Program-made: the position numbers and the translations under genes | Notes under the pieces: model-generated | What the model was told of the DNA's origin: nothing | The model's database searches: none | The model's input: only the letters and a program-made list of their open reading frames with translations | Assembly: GCA_038896535.1 (NCBI GenBank) | Contig: JAWACY010000002.1 | Location: forward strand, 160,001-224,000 | Length of the DNA stretch: 64,000 nt | Source: Candidatus Anstonellales archaeon | GTDB lineage: Archaea; Micrarchaeota; Micrarchaeia; Anstonellales; J096 | Direction: 5' to 3' | Shown: positions 49,334 to 59,849 of the stretch, piece by piece | How the letters are laid out: every line of letters starts with the position of its first letter | Position numbering within the stretch: position 1 is the stretch's first letter

Positions 49334-50200
49334 TTACATAAGCATTGCAAAATCCTCATCTAGGTTTCTGTTAAATATATTGTTATTTTTTATCATTGGG
49401 CCCCTATCAAGTACTTTGAAATCTTCTAAGAAAGTTTTCCTTTGCTTCTGCCAGAATATGCCTACAGGAACTTTTTCAAAATTATTTGTGAAAGGCTCTA
49501 AGCAATAATGCAAAGCTTTTTGAAAATCTTGCCTGTCATTATCTTTTACATAATAAATGTGCTGCTTATACCATTCATAAGTATTCTGCTTATCCCATGT
49601 TATGCAGGGTTGGTAACATTCTATAAAAGCAAAACCTTTATGATTAATGCCCTCTTTTATTACTTCCTTTAAATGCATAACATCTCCAGAATAAGTTGCT
49701 GCAACAAAACTTGCTCCTGCAATTAAGGCAGTTGCACAAGGCATGAATTCATCTATTGTATTCCCTTTAAGATGTGTTTTGCTTTTCATACCTTTTTTTG
49801 TTGTTGGGCTGCTCTGGCCAGTTGTTAATGAGAAGTAATAATTATTTTGCACTATGTATGTTATATCATTGTTCCTCCTGCACGAATGTAAGAAATGATT
49901 CCCTCCCTCTGAAAAGCCATCTCCATCTCCTCCTATAGCTACAACAGTAAGTTCATGATTACTTAACTTTATTGCTTCTGCTGCTGGTAAAAGTCTGCCA
50001 TGCAAGCCTTCAAAACCATATGCCCTTATATAATGTGGTATTTTACTCCCGCAACCTATTCCAGATACTATGCATGTTTTATGGCTTTCTAAACCAAGCT
50101 CTACCAATGCCTGTTTTACAGCTGCTAATATACCAAAATCTCCACATCCCAAGCACCATTGTGTCCTTTCTTTAACATTAAATTCTTCTAATTTGCTCAT
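49334..50200 (-). CDS. korB: 2-oxoacid:ferredoxin oxidoreductase beta subunit
   Basis: WCLGCGDFGI, SGIGC, LHGR, GGDGDG, TTGQSSPT, QPCITW. Confidence 0.93.
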   Translation of the reverse strand: MSKLEEFNVKERTQWCLGCGDFGILAAVKQALVELGLESHKTCIVSGIGCGSKIPHYIRAYGFEGLHGRLLPAAEAIKLSNHELTVVAIGGDGDGFSEGGNHFLHSCRRNNDITYIVQNNYYFSLTTGQSSPTTKKGMKSKTHLKGNTIDEFMPCATALIAGASFVAATYSGDVMHLKEVIKEGINHKGFAFIECYQPCITWDKQNTYEWYKQHIYYVKDNDRQDFQKALHYCLEPFTNNFEKVPVGIFWQKQRKTFLEDFKVLDRGPMIKNNNIFNRNLDEDFAMLM

Positions 50201-52074
50201 ATTCCATACCTCCATGGAGTAAAGAACTCATATTTCTCTATTTCTTCATTCAATGCATAATAAGGCTTTGGTCCATTTTTCATTATATCCAAAACCACTG
50301 AAACGATCTGCTCTGGGAAAAACTGCCTGCCATTGTATTTTGAAACAAGTGTATTAACCTTAACTCCTGTTTCCATCCTGAGCAGATGAGAGAAAATTCC
50401 GGTCTTGTTATTCTCAACCATTATAATATAGCTACCATCAAGCATTGCCCTTATCTTTTGCTCATGCAATGGATAAAGCCACCTGAAATGGGCTATTGGG
50501 ATTGATATATTATGCTCATATTTAAGCATTCTTTGTGCATCAAGTAAAATGTTTAAATGGCTCCCCCAGCAGGATAATAAATAATTATTGCCATTCTTTA
50601 TCTGCATTTCTTTCATAAATTCTTTATTTGCTATTTTTCCATCAATGTATATGTCTGGAAGCCAACTTTCATTTCTTAAGCCCTCCAGTTTCTTTGCCCT
50701 TTTATCAACTTGCATTGCTCTTTTCTTAAAATCTTCTGTAGTAAAGCTATCTTCATCATGCTCATAGCTTGTTGTTACATGCTGCCCGCCTTTTACTCCA
50801 GGAATAGGCCTTGGGCTTATCCCATCTTCTGTTATTTTATAGCGCAAAAACCTTTGGGTCGGAGCAATATTATCAATATCTTGCATTATAATTTTCCCTC
50901 TATCAATATTTACTTTATCCGGTTTTTTCATTGTGAAATGGCTCTCGCTTAAGAACTTATCTGATAAAATAAAAACAGCTGTCTGATATTTTTCTGCAAT
51001 GTTAAATGCTTCTGCAGTATCATAATATGCCTGCTCAACAGTGCCAGGAGCAATAATTGCTCTTGGAAATTCTCCTTGCCCTGCGCCAAGCACTTGGATT
51101 AAATCTCCCTGCTCAGTCCATGTTGGCATGCCTGTAGATGGCCCTGTTCTCTGGCTTACTAAAAACACTACTGGTATCTCTGCCATGCCAAGCATGCTTA
51201 CTGTTTCAGTCATTAATGCGAATCCACCGCCACTTGTTCCGCACATTGCTCTTAAACCAGCAAATGCTGCACCTGCTGCCATTTGTGCAACAGCAATCTC
51301 ATCTTCTGCTTGCACTACTATAACATCATGCTTCTCTGCTTTTTCAGTTATAAAGGCAAGAGCACTTGAAGAAGGAGTCATAGGATAACCAGAATAAAAA
51401 CCAAGCCCAGCAGCAAGAGCGCCCAAAATTATTGCTTCATTTCCACTCAAATAAATATTTTCATTCTTTTTCTCAATAGGCATTATTTGCTTATCTGCCT
51501 TCGTATTCATTTTATTCATGTATTCATAAGCCATTCTTGCAACATTTTGATTCATTTCTATTACTTCTTTTCCTTTTCTCTTGAACTCTTCCTCTATTGC
51601 AGAGAGTAAAAATTCTAAAGGATAAGAAATGCTTGCCAGTGTTGCTGATACAAAGGCTATGTTTTTCATAATGATTGGAGCGTTTGCTTCTTTTAATATT
51701 TGCAATGCAGGAAAAGCAATGCTTTTTGCATTTTTTATATCAAATTCTTCTATATTAACAAGGGCTTTATCATATATAATGAGTGCGTTATCCTTTAACG
51801 CATCTTTATGAAAAAATATTGCATCTTTGCCAAGAGCAATCAACACATCAATATATATTCTTGGAGCTCTTACAGGGCTTTCATCTATTATCACTGAATA
51901 AGCATTATGCCCAGTTCTTATCAAAGAAGGATATTCAGGATAACCATGAACATGATAGCCGCCTCTTAAAAAAAGCTTGCCAAGTGTACGGCCCATTGCA
52001 AATGCCCCTTCTCCTGCCATTGCACCTATCTTTATATGCATTGCCATACAATCACATTGAAATTTAATATTCAA
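50197..52074 (-). CDS. korA: 2-oxoacid:ferredoxin oxidoreductase alpha subunit (gamma-alpha fusion)
   Basis: EYPSLIR.GH, SGNEAI, YPMTPSS, QAEDEIA, TSGGGFALM, GPSTGMPT, VENN; start may be 52047. Confidence 0.93.
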   Translation of the reverse strand: MNIKFQCDCMAMHIKIGAMAGEGAFAMGRTLGKLFLRGGYHVHGYPEYPSLIRTGHNAYSVIIDESPVRAPRIYIDVLIALGKDAIFFHKDALKDNALIIYDKALVNIEEFDIKNAKSIAFPALQILKEANAPIIMKNIAFVSATLASISYPLEFLLSAIEEEFKRKGKEVIEMNQNVARMAYEYMNKMNTKADKQIMPIEKKNENIYLSGNEAIILGALAAGLGFYSGYPMTPSSSALAFITEKAEKHDVIVVQAEDEIAVAQMAAGAAFAGLRAMCGTSGGGFALMTETVSMLGMAEIPVVFLVSQRTGPSTGMPTWTEQGDLIQVLGAGQGEFPRAIIAPGTVEQAYYDTAEAFNIAEKYQTAVFILSDKFLSESHFTMKKPDKVNIDRGKIIMQDIDNIAPTQRFLRYKITEDGISPRPIPGVKGGQHVTTSYEHDEDSFTTEDFKKRAMQVDKRAKKLEGLRNESWLPDIYIDGKIANKEFMKEMQIKNGNNYLLSCWGSHLNILLDAQRMLKYEHNISIPIAHFRWLYPLHEQKIRAMLDGSYIIMVENNKTGIFSHLLRMETGVKVNTLVSKYNGRQFFPEQIVSVVLDIMKNGPKPYYALNEEIEKYEFFTPWRYGI

Positions 52075-52090
52075 TATATTTAAACCTTTC

Positions 52091-53068
52091 TCAAGCCCTT
52101 ATGACGCTTGCCATGATTGACATCGTTATTGTCTTTGCAATATTTATTATTGATTTTATGCCAATACTATTTAAAGCATTTTTTAGGTTTCTTGCAAATA
52201 ATAGCTCCAATAATATGAATATCTTAATTTTCTCTCTTTTTTCTTTCATTGAGATTTCTAACCTTTTTCTCATTATAGGAGGGAGTGAAGATATATGCTT
52301 ATCTAATAATTTGTAATCCTTGCTCTCGGCAGCTTTTTTTGCCTCTTCTAAAACTTTTTCTATTTTCTCAATTTCATTCATAATGTCTTGCTTTCTTTTT
52401 ATGGCCTCATCAATATTCTCAGGCTTTTCTGAAACATATTTGTCTATTGATTTTATCAGCTCTGAATATATGTCTTTTCCAAAAGCAGCTTTTTCTTTTT
52501 CCTTGTTTTTTATTATCTCCATTGTCTCTTTTTGTATCTCTTCTGGCTCTTTTTTTATTACAGGGTCTGCAATATATGCAAGTGCTTTGTCTGCATCTTT
52601 TAAGCTAAATGCCTCATCAACAATCTTTTGCTCTATGCTTGAAAATGATATTTTTACATCTTCTTTTACTACCTCTGCTTTTTGTGTTAATGGATTATAT
52701 GATATAAACGCATACTTGTCTGTTATTTCATGCTCTTTTAAAACAAATTTTTCTTTTTCTTCCTTTTGCCCTATTTTGCCAGCATTTAATTCCTGATTTA
52801 AGTTATTCATAACAATTTTTTGTTCTACCTCTTTTTTCTTTTCCTCTCTTTTTTCTTCTCTAACCTCTTTCAACAACATAAAATTTTTGTCCTTTGGCGG
52901 CATATCTTTTTTTCCTTCTGGCAATTCCAGAGCAAGAAGCCATTTTGCAGCAAGAGCCACAACTACTAAGCCTGCTTCTATCACAAGCTCTTTATTGTTA
53001 GATTCAATAGCCCTTTTTGCCGTATCAATTTCCCTTTTAAATGTCTCTTCCTTAAAGGCTTCATGCAT
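52091..53068 (-). CDS. Hypothetical charged protein
   Basis: 325-aa K/E-rich ORF. Confidence 0.65.
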   Translation of the reverse strand: MHEAFKEETFKREIDTAKRAIESNNKELVIEAGLVVVALAAKWLLALELPEGKKDMPPKDKNFMLLKEVREEKREEKKKEVEQKIVMNNLNQELNAGKIGQKEEKEKFVLKEHEITDKYAFISYNPLTQKAEVVKEDVKISFSSIEQKIVDEAFSLKDADKALAYIADPVIKKEPEEIQKETMEIIKNKEKEKAAFGKDIYSELIKSIDKYVSEKPENIDEAIKRKQDIMNEIEKIEKVLEEAKKAAESKDYKLLDKHISSLPPIMRKRLEISMKEKREKIKIFILLELLFARNLKNALNSIGIKSIINIAKTITMSIMASVIRA

Positions 53069-53103
53069 GTTTATATTTATGCTTTGCTTTTTAAAACAAT
53101 GTT

Positions 53104-53436
53104 TTACTTGCTTTTTTCAACATGTTTGTGCTTCTCAATTACAAATGCAACATACATAACAAGTAAAATCCCTATTAAAGATGAGACTATTGCTATCAAG
53201 CGTGAGCCAAGGTTATGGGCAAGTATAAAAGCAAAAGAAGAAAATCTTAAAGAAGAGAAAGGCATTTCAAAGACGTCCTGCTTAATATAAATCCAATAGA
53301 GCTCTAAAAGCATGAAAAATGGTATAAGCACTTCTAAAACTGGGTCTTCAATTGAGGCAAAGGAGGTAGAAGAAATAAAAAATGCATAAACTGCAAATGC
53401 AGATGATAAAAATAATAGCAATGCAGCACTTCTCAT
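53104..53436 (-). CDS. Small membrane protein
   Basis: 110 aa with three or four hydrophobic segments. Confidence 0.55.
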   Translation of the reverse strand: MRSAALLLFLSSAFAVYAFFISSTSFASIEDPVLEVLIPFFMLLELYWIYIKQDVFEMPFSSLRFSSFAFILAHNLGSRLIAIVSSLIGILLVMYVAFVIEKHKHVEKSK

Positions 53437-53509
53437 GAACTAAATATGTTAATATGATTTAAAAATTTATGCCCATCATAGCTGTAGCAATAATGATTCA
53501 AGAAAAGAT

Positions 53510-54136
53510 TCATTCAAATCTTGATTTTATATAATAAATAGTTGAGATAAGTGCCAATGAAGATAATGTTAGAGCATAAATGCCTATTTTTTTGACACTC
53601 TTATTATTTATCTTTAATTTTTTGTAAAACGTCCTCTCGCATTCTTTTATATTTGATAAATCTCTATAAATGTCTATAGCATAACCAACAAAAGGGCCAT
53701 TTAGCCCTGAGACAATTGCTGCTATCACAGATGCAGTTAATATTTTTTTCATATCTAGTTCTTCATTTGCCATGTATTGTGATAAAGCGTATGTTGGGGG
53801 CATTGTAACAAGATTTAAAATACCCGCATAAATAAAATCATGAAAAGCTTGAATTTTCTCATTAGTTTTTTGATTTACTCTAAATATTTTTCTCCACATG
53901 TCCCTGCCTTTACTGAATATAGTGCCAAAACCAATAAATGTAATAAATGTGCCTAAAATTCTTGAATTCAGAGATGTTTTTACTGATAAGTTAGATATAA
54001 AAACTTCAAAAAATGCAAAAACTGGGTTAGCTTCACTCACTATGGCTATATTGTCTATAAAATATTTTTTAATATCAAAAATCTTATTTGGCTTATCTTC
54101 TTGGACTTGTTTTATTGATTTTTCCATATTACTCAT
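53510..54136 (-). CDS. AlaE-like (L-alanine exporter family) membrane protein
   Basis: D..A......FEVFIS.LS...SL.SR, RD.WR, D......P.Y and G.F.G..ID.YR pattern recalls AlaE. Confidence 0.55.
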   Translation of the reverse strand: MSNMEKSIKQVQEDKPNKIFDIKKYFIDNIAIVSEANPVFAFFEVFISNLSVKTSLNSRILGTFITFIGFGTIFSKGRDMWRKIFRVNQKTNEKIQAFHDFIYAGILNLVTMPPTYALSQYMANEELDMKKILTASVIAAIVSGLNGPFVGYAIDIYRDLSNIKECERTFYKKLKINNKSVKKIGIYALTLSSLALISTIYYIKSRFE

Positions 54137-55779
54137 CTCTTATTGGCATTATCAGAATAAACCTGTTTTTCCACATCAAATTCAACATCTATAAAACCTT
54201 TATCCCTGTCAACTAATATTTTTGTTGATGCGCTTGGCCTTATTGGAGCATAGACATTTATTTTTAATGCTTTTGCCAGCGTTGAAGCGATATTCTTTTT
54301 ATTCCTGCTTCCAGTTTCACAAGAAATGAGTATAGCATTTGCTCCTTTTCTGAATACATATGATAAATCGCTTATTTCATTTTTATCTGATATATCAAGC
54401 TCTTTTTCTTCTCCTTCTCCATCACCAAGCGTTATTGAATTCGCAGAGCCATGCCCAGCAATAATGAGTAGTTCTATTTTTCCATACTCTTCGAAAATAT
54501 CCCTTAGTGCTTGATAAAATTCTTTTTCAGAGGACACTTCAATAATAATAAGCCTAAAGTAATCTAAAAGGCTGTTGAGTGTTCTCCCTTCTCTATAAAA
54601 AGCTCCGTTATAATCACTTTTATTAAACACTGCTAATGCAATCGGCCTTTGCTTAAATTTATCCTTATCTGCAGCAAGCATTAAATGCAAGAGTACTTCT
54701 TTATCATATCTCAAAAAGTAATCTATATTAAATTTCTCATGCAATCTCAATATTTCATCCAACCCCAATATATAAGAGGCGTATAAATAATCCAGCGTAT
54801 ATTCAGGCCTTATGCCATGTACTTCCATAAAATTTCTTATATTTATGAATGCATGCCTTGAACTTAAATTAGATAAGGAATCAAAATAGTTGGCCCATGC
54901 ATAAAAGCTCTGCACAACAATTATTGGATTGCTTGCTTTTTTATCAGTTAACATTAAATAAAGGTCATCTATATTATCAATGTAAAAATTGCTGCGCTTA
55001 AAAAGCGTTGACAATGAATAGCGCATCTCATTTAGGGTTATATAATCATCTTCATAATGCTTGAATAAAATCTCCACTATGTCTCTTATTTTACCTAATT
55101 TTTGGTCAAACATAAAAAAAAGAGAAAAATTATTATTATCAGTTAAACTCTTAAGCAAGTCAAGGAACATTATAAATCTATAATCTCCATCAAACTGCCT
55201 TTTAACTTCATAGAAAGTTTGAAATAGTTTATCTAAATAAGATATATCATATTCTTTTCTCGATATTACATTATTAATAATTGGCAGCATGTACTTTAAT
55301 TCATTTCCGTCAAATTGCAAAGCTGATTCCATATAATTAAGTTCTCTTTCTGTAAAGTTTGGTTTAAATATTATTAAACATGCCTCGCTTATAAGCTTTT
55401 CATTAACCTCCTTTTGCTTTGTTTTCATGCCCAATAACATTATAAATTTATTTATTCTATCTATCATTTCATTCTTTATTTCAGGTTTAATATTACAACT
55501 TTTATAATAATCAACATCGTGCGCATCATTTTCTTTATCAATTATGCTAGCATCTTTTTTATTAATGATTGGCAATAATTTGAAATGCTTTGTATCGCTA
55601 TATATATCAACAATTGGCTCTTTTTGTTTGTAATGATTGTGCGACTCATCATTCTTCATATTACAATGTGTCATAAGAGCAATGCTAACAAAACCAGCAT
55701 AAAAAGCATTTTTTAAATGCTTAATGCCCATTTTCCCAATCCCAATATAAATCCCAGCTATATAATATAAAAATAACAT
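54133..55779 (-). CDS. Putative exported protein with C-terminal clan-CD-like (His-Cys) peptidase domain
   Basis: LLIIAGHGS ... AILISCETG ... IASTLAKAL...VYAP; hydrophobic segment ending in Cys near the N-terminus. Confidence 0.6.
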   Translation of the reverse strand: MLFLYYIAGIYIGIGKMGIKHLKNAFYAGFVSIALMTHCNMKNDESHNHYKQKEPIVDIYSDTKHFKLLPIINKKDASIIDKENDAHDVDYYKSCNIKPEIKNEMIDRINKFIMLLGMKTKQKEVNEKLISEACLIIFKPNFTERELNYMESALQFDGNELKYMLPIINNVISRKEYDISYLDKLFQTFYEVKRQFDGDYRFIMFLDLLKSLTDNNNFSLFFMFDQKLGKIRDIVEILFKHYEDDYITLNEMRYSLSTLFKRSNFYIDNIDDLYLMLTDKKASNPIIVVQSFYAWANYFDSLSNLSSRHAFINIRNFMEVHGIRPEYTLDYLYASYILGLDEILRLHEKFNIDYFLRYDKEVLLHLMLAADKDKFKQRPIALAVFNKSDYNGAFYREGRTLNSLLDYFRLIIIEVSSEKEFYQALRDIFEEYGKIELLIIAGHGSANSITLGDGEGEEKELDISDKNEISDLSYVFRKGANAILISCETGSRNKKNIASTLAKALKINVYAPIRPSASTKILVDRDKGFIDVEFDVEKQVYSDNANKR

Positions 55780-55893
55780 TTATATAAATGTATGCATTTT
55801 TTAATAATATTTTATAATCACTTCATGTTCTAATATATTTTAACTAATATATTTTAATAATACGCTTAATATTGCACTTTTGAATAGATAAAA

Positions 55894-57537
55894 TCATTTA
55901 ACAATGATTTCCATTAATGCTGCATAAGCAGGCCTTGATATTAGTGCTCCTAATATATAGCTTATTATTGTTACAACAGCAAAGCCAATTACTTCAACAA
56001 TATGAGTAAAAAACAAAGGAAGAAAGACTAATATTGCAACAAGCACATTGCTGCTTATTATAGAAAAGGCCTTTTTTATTGCTTCCTCTTTGTTTTTATG
56101 CTTTATTACCTCATCAGTTATTATTACCTGCGCATCTATGCTTACTCCCATTGCTGCTATTAAACCAGCCATAGCGGCCATGTCAATAGAAAAAGAACCA
56201 ATCGCTGCAACAAGTATTATGAGCTCAATGATAGTAATAACAATTACTGGCAGTACAATGCTTAACTTCCTGTATCTTAATGCAACAAAAATTGATACAG
56301 CAATTATTGACAATGCAAGTGCATATATTGAATATGATAAAAATTTCTCGCCTAAAAGTGCTGGTATTGTTTCTTTGCTGCCTATATATAGCTTAACTGG
56401 TAATGCTCCACCTTTTAATACTGATGATATGAACCTCTCTTGCTGTCTTGCAAAGATAGCCTTTTCATTCAACGTTAAATTTGTCGGGGCATTACCAGTT
56501 ATTTGATAAGTCAAGGAAATAGTATTTCCAGAAGTAACGCTTGGGTTCAGTAAAGGAGCGCTCATTAAACCTGCTGCACCCCATCTTACTATTATTAAAT
56601 TATTTCCAGCAACAGACAGCTCTGGATATAAATCTTTTTCATCAACTATTTTAATATTCAAGCTTTTATTATCCGCAATTTTCTCTGCAATACGCTTTGA
56701 TGTTATTATATTATCCCCAATAATTTTTGTTTCATTATCTTTGTAAAGCACAATATTAACATTCCCCCTCTCATCTTTTAATACATCTTCAATCAAAAAT
56801 AAAATATCTGCTGGAGTTACATTTATCCCATTTGCAGAGAGCATTTGAGCATTTGAAATGAGCCATGACTCATCTATTAATATTGTTGCATTGTACGGCT
56901 TGTCCAAAAACAAAAATAATGGCCTGTTTGCCTTTCCTCTTACTTTATTGCTAAATCTTTCCGCTGCTTCTCTTGTTATAGTGAATGAAACGCCCCAATC
57001 TGCCCCACCAAGAGATTGTGATGGCACATTGCTTATTGTGCCTGGAATAATGTCTCTTCCTTCTAAAACAATAATGCCATCAACAACAGCAATGAAAACA
57101 CCCTGCGTTGTTATTGCTTCCTCTATCCTCTGTGCTTGCTCAGGATTTGAAGATGGAATTTCTATAAAAAGCCTGTCATTGCCTATTGGTTTCACTATTA
57201 CTTGCTCCAAACCAAGCGTTGATATCCTAGTTTTTAATTTTTCTGTTATCTCAGCCATAACCTCATTATCAACTGGAGAAGAGAGAAATACTGGTATTCT
57301 TGTTCCGCCATTAAAATCTAGCCCAAACTTTATGCCATTAAATAAAATAATTGTTGCAGAAATAACCAAAAGGCCAGCAAGCAATGCAATTTTTTCATTT
57401 AATGTCTTCGCATAACCAGCTATTGCTCCATAAATGAATATAGAAAATATCAAAACCAGGCCTGCTGTTTTTGGATATATAAGGCATAAAATAACAATTA
57501 TAGCAGTCAAAATTGATATGCCTTTTAAAAAGTTCAT
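55894..57537 (-). CDS. secD: Protein-export membrane protein SecD
   Basis: GIKFGLDFNGGTRI, LKGGALPV, PALLGE, G.IAAMGVSIDAQVIITDE. Confidence 0.92.
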   Translation of the reverse strand: MNFLKGISILTAIIVILCLIYPKTAGLVLIFSIFIYGAIAGYAKTLNEKIALLAGLLVISATIILFNGIKFGLDFNGGTRIPVFLSSPVDNEVMAEITEKLKTRISTLGLEQVIVKPIGNDRLFIEIPSSNPEQAQRIEEAITTQGVFIAVVDGIIVLEGRDIIPGTISNVPSQSLGGADWGVSFTITREAAERFSNKVRGKANRPLFLFLDKPYNATILIDESWLISNAQMLSANGINVTPADILFLIEDVLKDERGNVNIVLYKDNETKIIGDNIITSKRIAEKIADNKSLNIKIVDEKDLYPELSVAGNNLIIVRWGAAGLMSAPLLNPSVTSGNTISLTYQITGNAPTNLTLNEKAIFARQQERFISSVLKGGALPVKLYIGSKETIPALLGEKFLSYSIYALALSIIAVSIFVALRYRKLSIVLPVIVITIIELIILVAAIGSFSIDMAAMAGLIAAMGVSIDAQVIITDEVIKHKNKEEAIKKAFSIISSNVLVAILVFLPLFFTHIVEVIGFAVVTIISYILGALISRPAYAALMEIIVK

Positions 57538-58562
57538 GATTCTCCCTTCTTACTAAATTTTAAAAGCAACACAGCATTTATGCCCCATGTTGCAAATATA
57601 TCCCCTATTAAACCAGCAATGACAACAGCGCCTATCTGGTAATATGTTGCTATTCTAAGATATTGTCCTATAACAAATAAAATAATGAATGCTATTATGC
57701 CAGTTGTTGTCATTGTTAAGCCAGTTTTCATTGCTTCAAATGCCCTATCTTGCTTTTCTCCATCGCTTCTCTTTATTACCCTAGTTGTCAATAATATATC
57801 TGTATCAAGAGAGTAACCAACAAGCATGAGCAAAGCAGCAACGCTTGCTAGTGTTAATGGAATGCCCATTGTCGCCATAAAACCAAGTGCTATTATGATA
57901 TCTGCAAATGCCCCTGATAATACTGCAAGAGAAGCAAATGGCTCTTTAAATATCCAAAAAACTGCTATTATTGCAAGTATTGCGGATATTGCCAATGTTG
58001 TTTTTACTTTTTCTAAAAATGCGCTTCCCAATGCCGGGCTTGTTGTTTGTATTGATACATCTTTAACAAATGGTGATATTGCTGCCCTTATTTTTTTCTC
58101 ATAATCAGTTCTTTTTTCTTCTAATATTTTATCTGCATAGTCCTGTATTTCCGCTGGTGATAAATTTGAAATGTTTTTATTAACAAGCAGCTGCAAATTT
58201 TCTCTTGCCATTTCCAAAAATCTTTGGTCAGATGTTTTTGCATATTCTTCAATATTCTTGTCAATGCCTGCCTTTACCTTTTCTGCTTCAAGAAGCTCGT
58301 TAGTAAATGGCACTTCGACTTCTAATTTATATACATTTTCTATTCTAAAAACAGAGACCTTTGCCTCAATGCCATTCTCAAGAAAAGATTTTTCAACATC
58401 TTCGGGGTTTATGTAATCTCTTATTTCAGCACTTAAAAATGACCCGCCCAAGAATTCCGTTCCAAGCTTTAATTTACTAATATTCAATAATGAGATAACA
58501 ATCATCAATAATGCAATAGCAGTTAATATTAAGTAAAAATTTGTCCTATATATATTTACCAT
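57534..58562 (-). CDS. secF: Protein-export membrane protein SecF
   Basis: LGTEFLGG, SPALG, LLMLVGYSLDTDILLTTR, TGLTMT.T. Confidence 0.93.
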   Translation of the reverse strand: MVNIYRTNFYLILTAIALLMIVISLLNISKLKLGTEFLGGSFLSAEIRDYINPEDVEKSFLENGIEAKVSVFRIENVYKLEVEVPFTNELLEAEKVKAGIDKNIEEYAKTSDQRFLEMARENLQLLVNKNISNLSPAEIQDYADKILEEKRTDYEKKIRAAISPFVKDVSIQTTSPALGSAFLEKVKTTLAISAILAIIAVFWIFKEPFASLAVLSGAFADIIIALGFMATMGIPLTLASVAALLMLVGYSLDTDILLTTRVIKRSDGEKQDRAFEAMKTGLTMTTTGIIAFIILFVIGQYLRIATYYQIGAVVIAGLIGDIFATWGINAVLLLKFSKKGES

Positions 58563-58641
58563 TTAATCATTCTCCTCTCATATAATGTCATTCATATAAT
58601 GTTATGTAATGCTATCTATTCAAACAAACATTTTAAATAAA

Positions 58642-58712
58642 TGCGGCCGCCGGGATTTGAACCCGGGTCTCCAGATTGGCAATCTGGTATCCTACCACTA
58701 GACTACGACCGC
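58642..58712 (-). tRNA. tRNA-Gly(GCC)
   Basis: Acceptor GCGGTCG/CGGCCGC-A; anticodon arm CCAGA-TTGCCAA-TCTGG; GGTTCAAATCC. Confidence 0.96.
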
Positions 58713-58808
58713 TTTTATGCCATTATTCTTTTATACCTATTATTTATAGCAAAAACTTAAAAAGCATATTTAAATTGAATTGGTAGTTGATTAAAGCATT
58801 AATTAAAG

Positions 58809-59615
58809 CTAAAGCTCATTGCCTAACCAAGCATGAAATAAAGATGGGAATATCAATCCTTCAAGAGTTATATAATCATAATTTGTCTTTCCTTCTATCA
58901 TCAATTTTATATCATACCTAGATGGAAAAACGATGTTAATGCCTTTCCCCTTTCCATGTAAAAGGCATTTTTCAAGTATCTTATAAAGCTCATCCACATG
59001 TTCAGGCATTAAATATTCCTTGCCTTTATCCATAATAATAACTGGATGGAATCTAAGCATATAAATTGGCTTTCTTTGAAAATAATCAATAAATAACATT
59101 ATCTCATGATCTTTCGCATTAATACTTGTTAATACAACGTTTATTATCACATTCCTTCCTTTACTTAGCAATTTTTCAATGTTAGAAAGCACAACATCTA
59201 AGCTAATGTTTGCATTTGTTATATGTTTATAAAGCTCATTATTCAAGCTTGGCAAATTAATCTGTATATATAATTTTTTATATACTCCATTATTTTCAAG
59301 CTCATGGTCATTTAAAAGATATGCTGGCATTTTTGTTAAATTTGTTGCAAGCACAATGTTTTCTTTATTTTTACATAACATTAGCATATCTCTTAGATCT
59401 GGATGCAAAATTGGCTCTCCTCCAGATATGCCAACTTTTCTATAACCATCTATTCTTTGTTTGAATTTATCTATATCTAATCTTAAATTCTCATTAGGCA
59501 CGTTACAAAATAGGCAACTTAGATTACACAACCTATTTATCTCAACTATTATGCCAGCTTTTTTCCTTGCCCTTTTATTACTTGTTTCGATTGCTTGTGC
59601 ATTTACTTCTTCCAT
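58809..59615 (-). CDS. Radical SAM protein, substrate unknown
   Basis: CNLSCLFC (CxxxCxxC), ISGGEP, ATN; no C-terminal SPASM cysteines. Confidence 0.88.
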   Translation of the reverse strand: MEEVNAQAIETSNKRARKKAGIIVEINRLCNLSCLFCNVPNENLRLDIDKFKQRIDGYRKVGISGGEPILHPDLRDMLMLCKNKENIVLATNLTKMPAYLLNDHELENNGVYKKLYIQINLPSLNNELYKHITNANISLDVVLSNIEKLLSKGRNVIINVVLTSINAKDHEIMLFIDYFQRKPIYMLRFHPVIIMDKGKEYLMPEHVDELYKILEKCLLHGKGKGINIVFPSRYDIKLMIEGKTNYDYITLEGLIFPSLFHAWLGNEL

Positions 59616-59808
59616 AATATAAAAAAATATCTAAAAGCATTTTTAAAAGAGTAGTAATTTATTTGCTTTGCTAAAAAGAATTAAAAATAAAAAGAATTAA
59701 ATATCATAGACATATAATAGACATCATGAAAGGGCTAATAATAAAATAGTAATATTTTTAAATTGTTTGTTTTATGAATGATATCAGCCCTCCATTCCCC
59801 AATCCCTT

Positions 59809-59849
59809 GAGGTGAGGCTTTAAAGAAATGCTCTTCTTAGCCTCACCTC
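59809..59849 (+). other. Strong GC-rich intergenic hairpin GAGGTGAGGCT...AGCCTCACCTC followed by a T-rich tract
   Basis: 11-bp perfect arms plus inner AAGAA/TTCTT pairing, in very AT-rich surroundings. Confidence 0.7.
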
